A stretch of DNA of 63,827 nucleotides, filler included, from Nemertoderma westbladi (taxonomy: Eukaryota; Animalia; Xenacoelomorpha): NCBI GenBank assembly GCA_032718475.1. It is 4 parts of 4 records of this genome, joined end to end, with 100 filler letters (N's around TTAATTAATTAA, not from the genome) between each part and the next. Parts side by side here need not be neighbours in the genome. Positions count along the whole stretch, not along the records: positions 58,790 to 63,827 come from JAUCBJ010002370.1; 3 more parts are not named here. One strand, given 5' to 3'. The position numbers and the translations under genes were made by a program. The notes under the pieces are model-generated. The model did no database searches, was not told where the DNA came from, and saw nothing but the letters and a program-made list of their open reading frames with translations. Positions within the stretch are counted from its first letter, which is position 1, and the number at the start of each line of letters is the position of its first letter. This document shows positions 61,462 through 63,827 of this stretch, piece after piece.

Positions 61462-63798
61462 ATGAATATCATAAAGATGGAATGCCCGGACAATCTACCT
61501 CTAACCACGGAGGGCAAAATAACTGAGCTGTACGAACTGGAGGAAACACTAGGAAGAGGCCACTTCGCCATCGTTAAACTCGCCCGTCATATGTTCACCG
61601 GACAAAGAGTCGCAATTAAAGTCATAGATAAAACAAGATTGGATGCGATATCAATGGCACATCTTTTCCAAGAGGTGCTTTGTATGAAGTTGGTCCAACA
61701 TCCAAATGTTGTCAGACTTTACGAAGTTATAAATACCCAGACGAAACTTTATTTAATTCAAGAACTAGGCGATGGCGGTGATATGTATGATTATATAATG
61801 AAACATGAGCGAGGTTTGGATGAACCCCTGGCGCGGCATTACTTCCGGCAGATCGTGAGCGCTGTTTCCTATTGCCACAAACTCCGCGTAGTACATCGCG
61901 ATCTGAAACCCGAAAATGTTGTTTTTTTCCGTAAACTCGGGTTAGTAAAACTAACCGATTTCGGGTTTTCCAATACTTTTACTCCGGGGTGTATGCTGCA
62001 TACCTCGTGCGGGAGTCTCGCGTATTCCGCGCCGGAGATACTTCTAGGAGACTCTTACAATGCGCCGGCGGTAGACGTCTGGAGTCTCGGCGTTCTGCTG
62101 TACATGCTGGTTTGCGGTGCCGCTCCTTTCAACGAAACCAACGACTCGGAAACCCTAACCATGATTATGGACTGTAAGTACGTCCTGCCGGAGCACGTGA
62201 GCGCGAGTTGCTGCGAGTTGATTCGGGGGATATTGGTGCGGGATTCCGACGCGCGGATGTCGTTAGCGAAGATCGAGGGTCATCCGTGGTTAATCGATAA
62301 GGAGGTGGACGGATTGATAGACGGGATAGCGTCCGGGGATTACGGGAGTACGTTGGTGACGCGAGATAACATCGACGGCGAGTTACACGAGAAAATAATC
62401 GTACAGATGATTAAAGGAGAGATTGCTGACCGCGAGACGATTCTGAGATCCATCGATAAGGATTTATTCGACACGATCACGGCGACTTACTACTTACTGG
62501 CGGAGAGAACGCTGCGACGGCGGTTGGCCTCGGTCTGTTCGGAAGGGCGGAGCTCCCCGGACCCCGAGGTGGTCGACCGGCCCAGCAATCTCTGCGTCGG
62601 GTGCGCGGGAGAGGGAGAGAGCGAGCCCCCCTGGGACCCCCGCTGGGACGGCTTCCGGTACGGGTCCCGGACACCTAGTCCGGTTAGCCCCGCTGCCAGC
62701 ACCGTGTCCGAGAACCAGCGGCCCAAGCTGCAGGAGCGGGAGCACCTCACGTTGGAGCCGTCGTACGACCGCAACGTCGTCAAGGAGGGAGTCGATAAAC
62801 TCATTGAGGAGCACCAGTCCCGACTATTGGAGGAGGGTGAGGAGGAGGGGGAGGAGCCGAGACTACCGGGGTTGGAAGACCTGTCCAGTCTGCCCAAGGG
62901 TCCCGTCATCGGTAAGTACAGACGCGGCCGCGGTCTGCAGACCCGCCGCAGCGAACCGCAACTACTCAAGCAGATCTTCGAGGAAGGCGAGAGCGAGGAG
63001 GACGGCCAGTACGAACGACGCTACCTTCCGAGTAACCGGAAGCGGCGATCCAATCCGAGTCCGGACGTTGCGACTCGCGCCGGACTCACACGACTCAGTT
63101 CCTCGTCCTCCCGCGGACTCTCATCAACGTGTTCGTCCTCCTCCGAGGTTTCCGACGAAGAGAGTTCGGCGCTCCGCCAGTCCTTGCGGTCCCCCATCGT
63201 ATTCAACAATGAGGCTGAGTGCGCCGTAATCGATCGCGATAAACCCTCGAGTTTCGAGAAGAACAATATAACCCCGACGAATAAATCGATAATCCCTCCG
63301 CGCGGCGAGAAACAATCCAATCATCTGCGGGAATCATTGAACCGCAGCAACCTGAGCGTCGCGTCGGGCGTGTCAGTAAACGGAGGCGTTAAATACGCCG
63401 TGGATCCCTCCAACAACACCCCCAGCGACACCGACTCCCACAGTCTGTCCAGCAGGAAACTCAGTTGGTCCAAATCCGACCCCAACGACTACCCGTTGCT
63501 AAGCGACGCGACTCGTCTCCTTGCCATCGAGTGCGTCGACGCGATAGCGGAAGAGACGACGACGACGACGCAATCCCCGCGCGTCGTCGTCGAACCCGTC
63601 GTTGTCGCGAAGCCGGTTAACAGCAGCGCGGACTCACCCGAGGTCGCAACCCACTCCCCCAGCGAATCGGAATCAACTCGCTGTAAGAGTTTCTTCGGTT
63701 TGCGTTGCGAGCAGCGCAGTAAGCGAAAGGGGAGGAAGGTGACCCCCACTGGGAGCGTTACCGGAGTTAAACCTCGCAGCTGTTGTATATTGTTGTAA
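61462..63798 (+). CDS. SNRK: SNF-related serine/threonine kinase (SNRK), single exon, 778 aa
   Basis: [74 protein letters not shown] region [20 protein letters not shown] and C-terminal CCILL. Confidence 0.96.
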   Translation: MNIIKMECPDNLPLTTEGKITELYELEETLGRGHFAIVKLARHMFTGQRVAIKVIDKTRLDAISMAHLFQEVLCMKLVQHPNVVRLYEVINTQTKLYLIQELGDGGDMYDYIMKHERGLDEPLARHYFRQIVSAVSYCHKLRVVHRDLKPENVVFFRKLGLVKLTDFGFSNTFTPGCMLHTSCGSLAYSAPEILLGDSYNAPAVDVWSLGVLLYMLVCGAAPFNETNDSETLTMIMDCKYVLPEHVSASCCELIRGILVRDSDARMSLAKIEGHPWLIDKEVDGLIDGIASGDYGSTLVTRDNIDGELHEKIIVQMIKGEIADRETILRSIDKDLFDTITATYYLLAERTLRRRLASVCSEGRSSPDPEVVDRPSNLCVGCAGEGESEPPWDPRWDGFRYGSRTPSPVSPAASTVSENQRPKLQEREHLTLEPSYDRNVVKEGVDKLIEEHQSRLLEEGEEEGEEPRLPGLEDLSSLPKGPVIGKYRRGRGLQTRRSEPQLLKQIFEEGESEEDGQYERRYLPSNRKRRSNPSPDVATRAGLTRLSSSSSRGLSSTCSSSSEVSDEESSALRQSLRSPIVFNNEAECAVIDRDKPSSFEKNNITPTNKSIIPPRGEKQSNHLRESLNRSNLSVASGVSVNGGVKYAVDPSNNTPSDTDSHSLSSRKLSWSKSDPNDYPLLSDATRLLAIECVDAIAEETTTTTQSPRVVVEPVVVAKPVNSSADSPEVATHSPSESESTRCKSFFGLRCEQRSKRKGRKVTPTGSVTGVKPRSCCILL

Positions 63799-63827
63799 GG
63801 AAATATTATTTGCATGTAGTTTGAATA

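Noticed and set aside
62477-63815. Antisense and alternative-frame ORFs over SNRK
   Set aside because: Expected shadow ORFs of a GC-rich coding region

Overview
AT-rich, repeat-dense eukaryotic (metazoan-type) genomic DNA. It consists of four contigs joined by 100-bp artificial linkers (N-runs around TTAATTAATTAA at 22368, 40956 and 58690). Three host genes can be supported: a complete 3-exon Rab3 on the minus strand (226 aa, ending CGC), the first six coding exons of an importin-alpha of the alpha1/KPNA1-5-6 subfamily (cut by a gap), and an intronless 778-aa SNRK kinase ending in a CaaX-like CCILL. Most of the rest is nested transposon debris. Retroelements include RTE, L2, CR1 and CRE LINE fragments, tRNA-derived SINEs and a probable solo LTR. 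DNA transposons include P-, Harbinger-, Sola-, Kolobok-, piggyBac-, hAT- and MULE/Foldback-like non-autonomous elements with readable TSDs, and a decayed IS3EU-type element with a 13-unit palindromic subterminal array. The most unusual signal is a set of long hairpins of unrelated sequence that share one strand-specific fold: GNA/GNNA loops plus recurrent tandem G.A mismatches, suggesting a mobile-element family that acts as folded single-stranded DNA. Also notable are a minimal hammerhead-like motif with a U3-A8 core and an array of about 30 CCAAT boxes just upstream of Rab3. All calls were made by eye; superfamily names rest on termini and TSD rules, not database searches.
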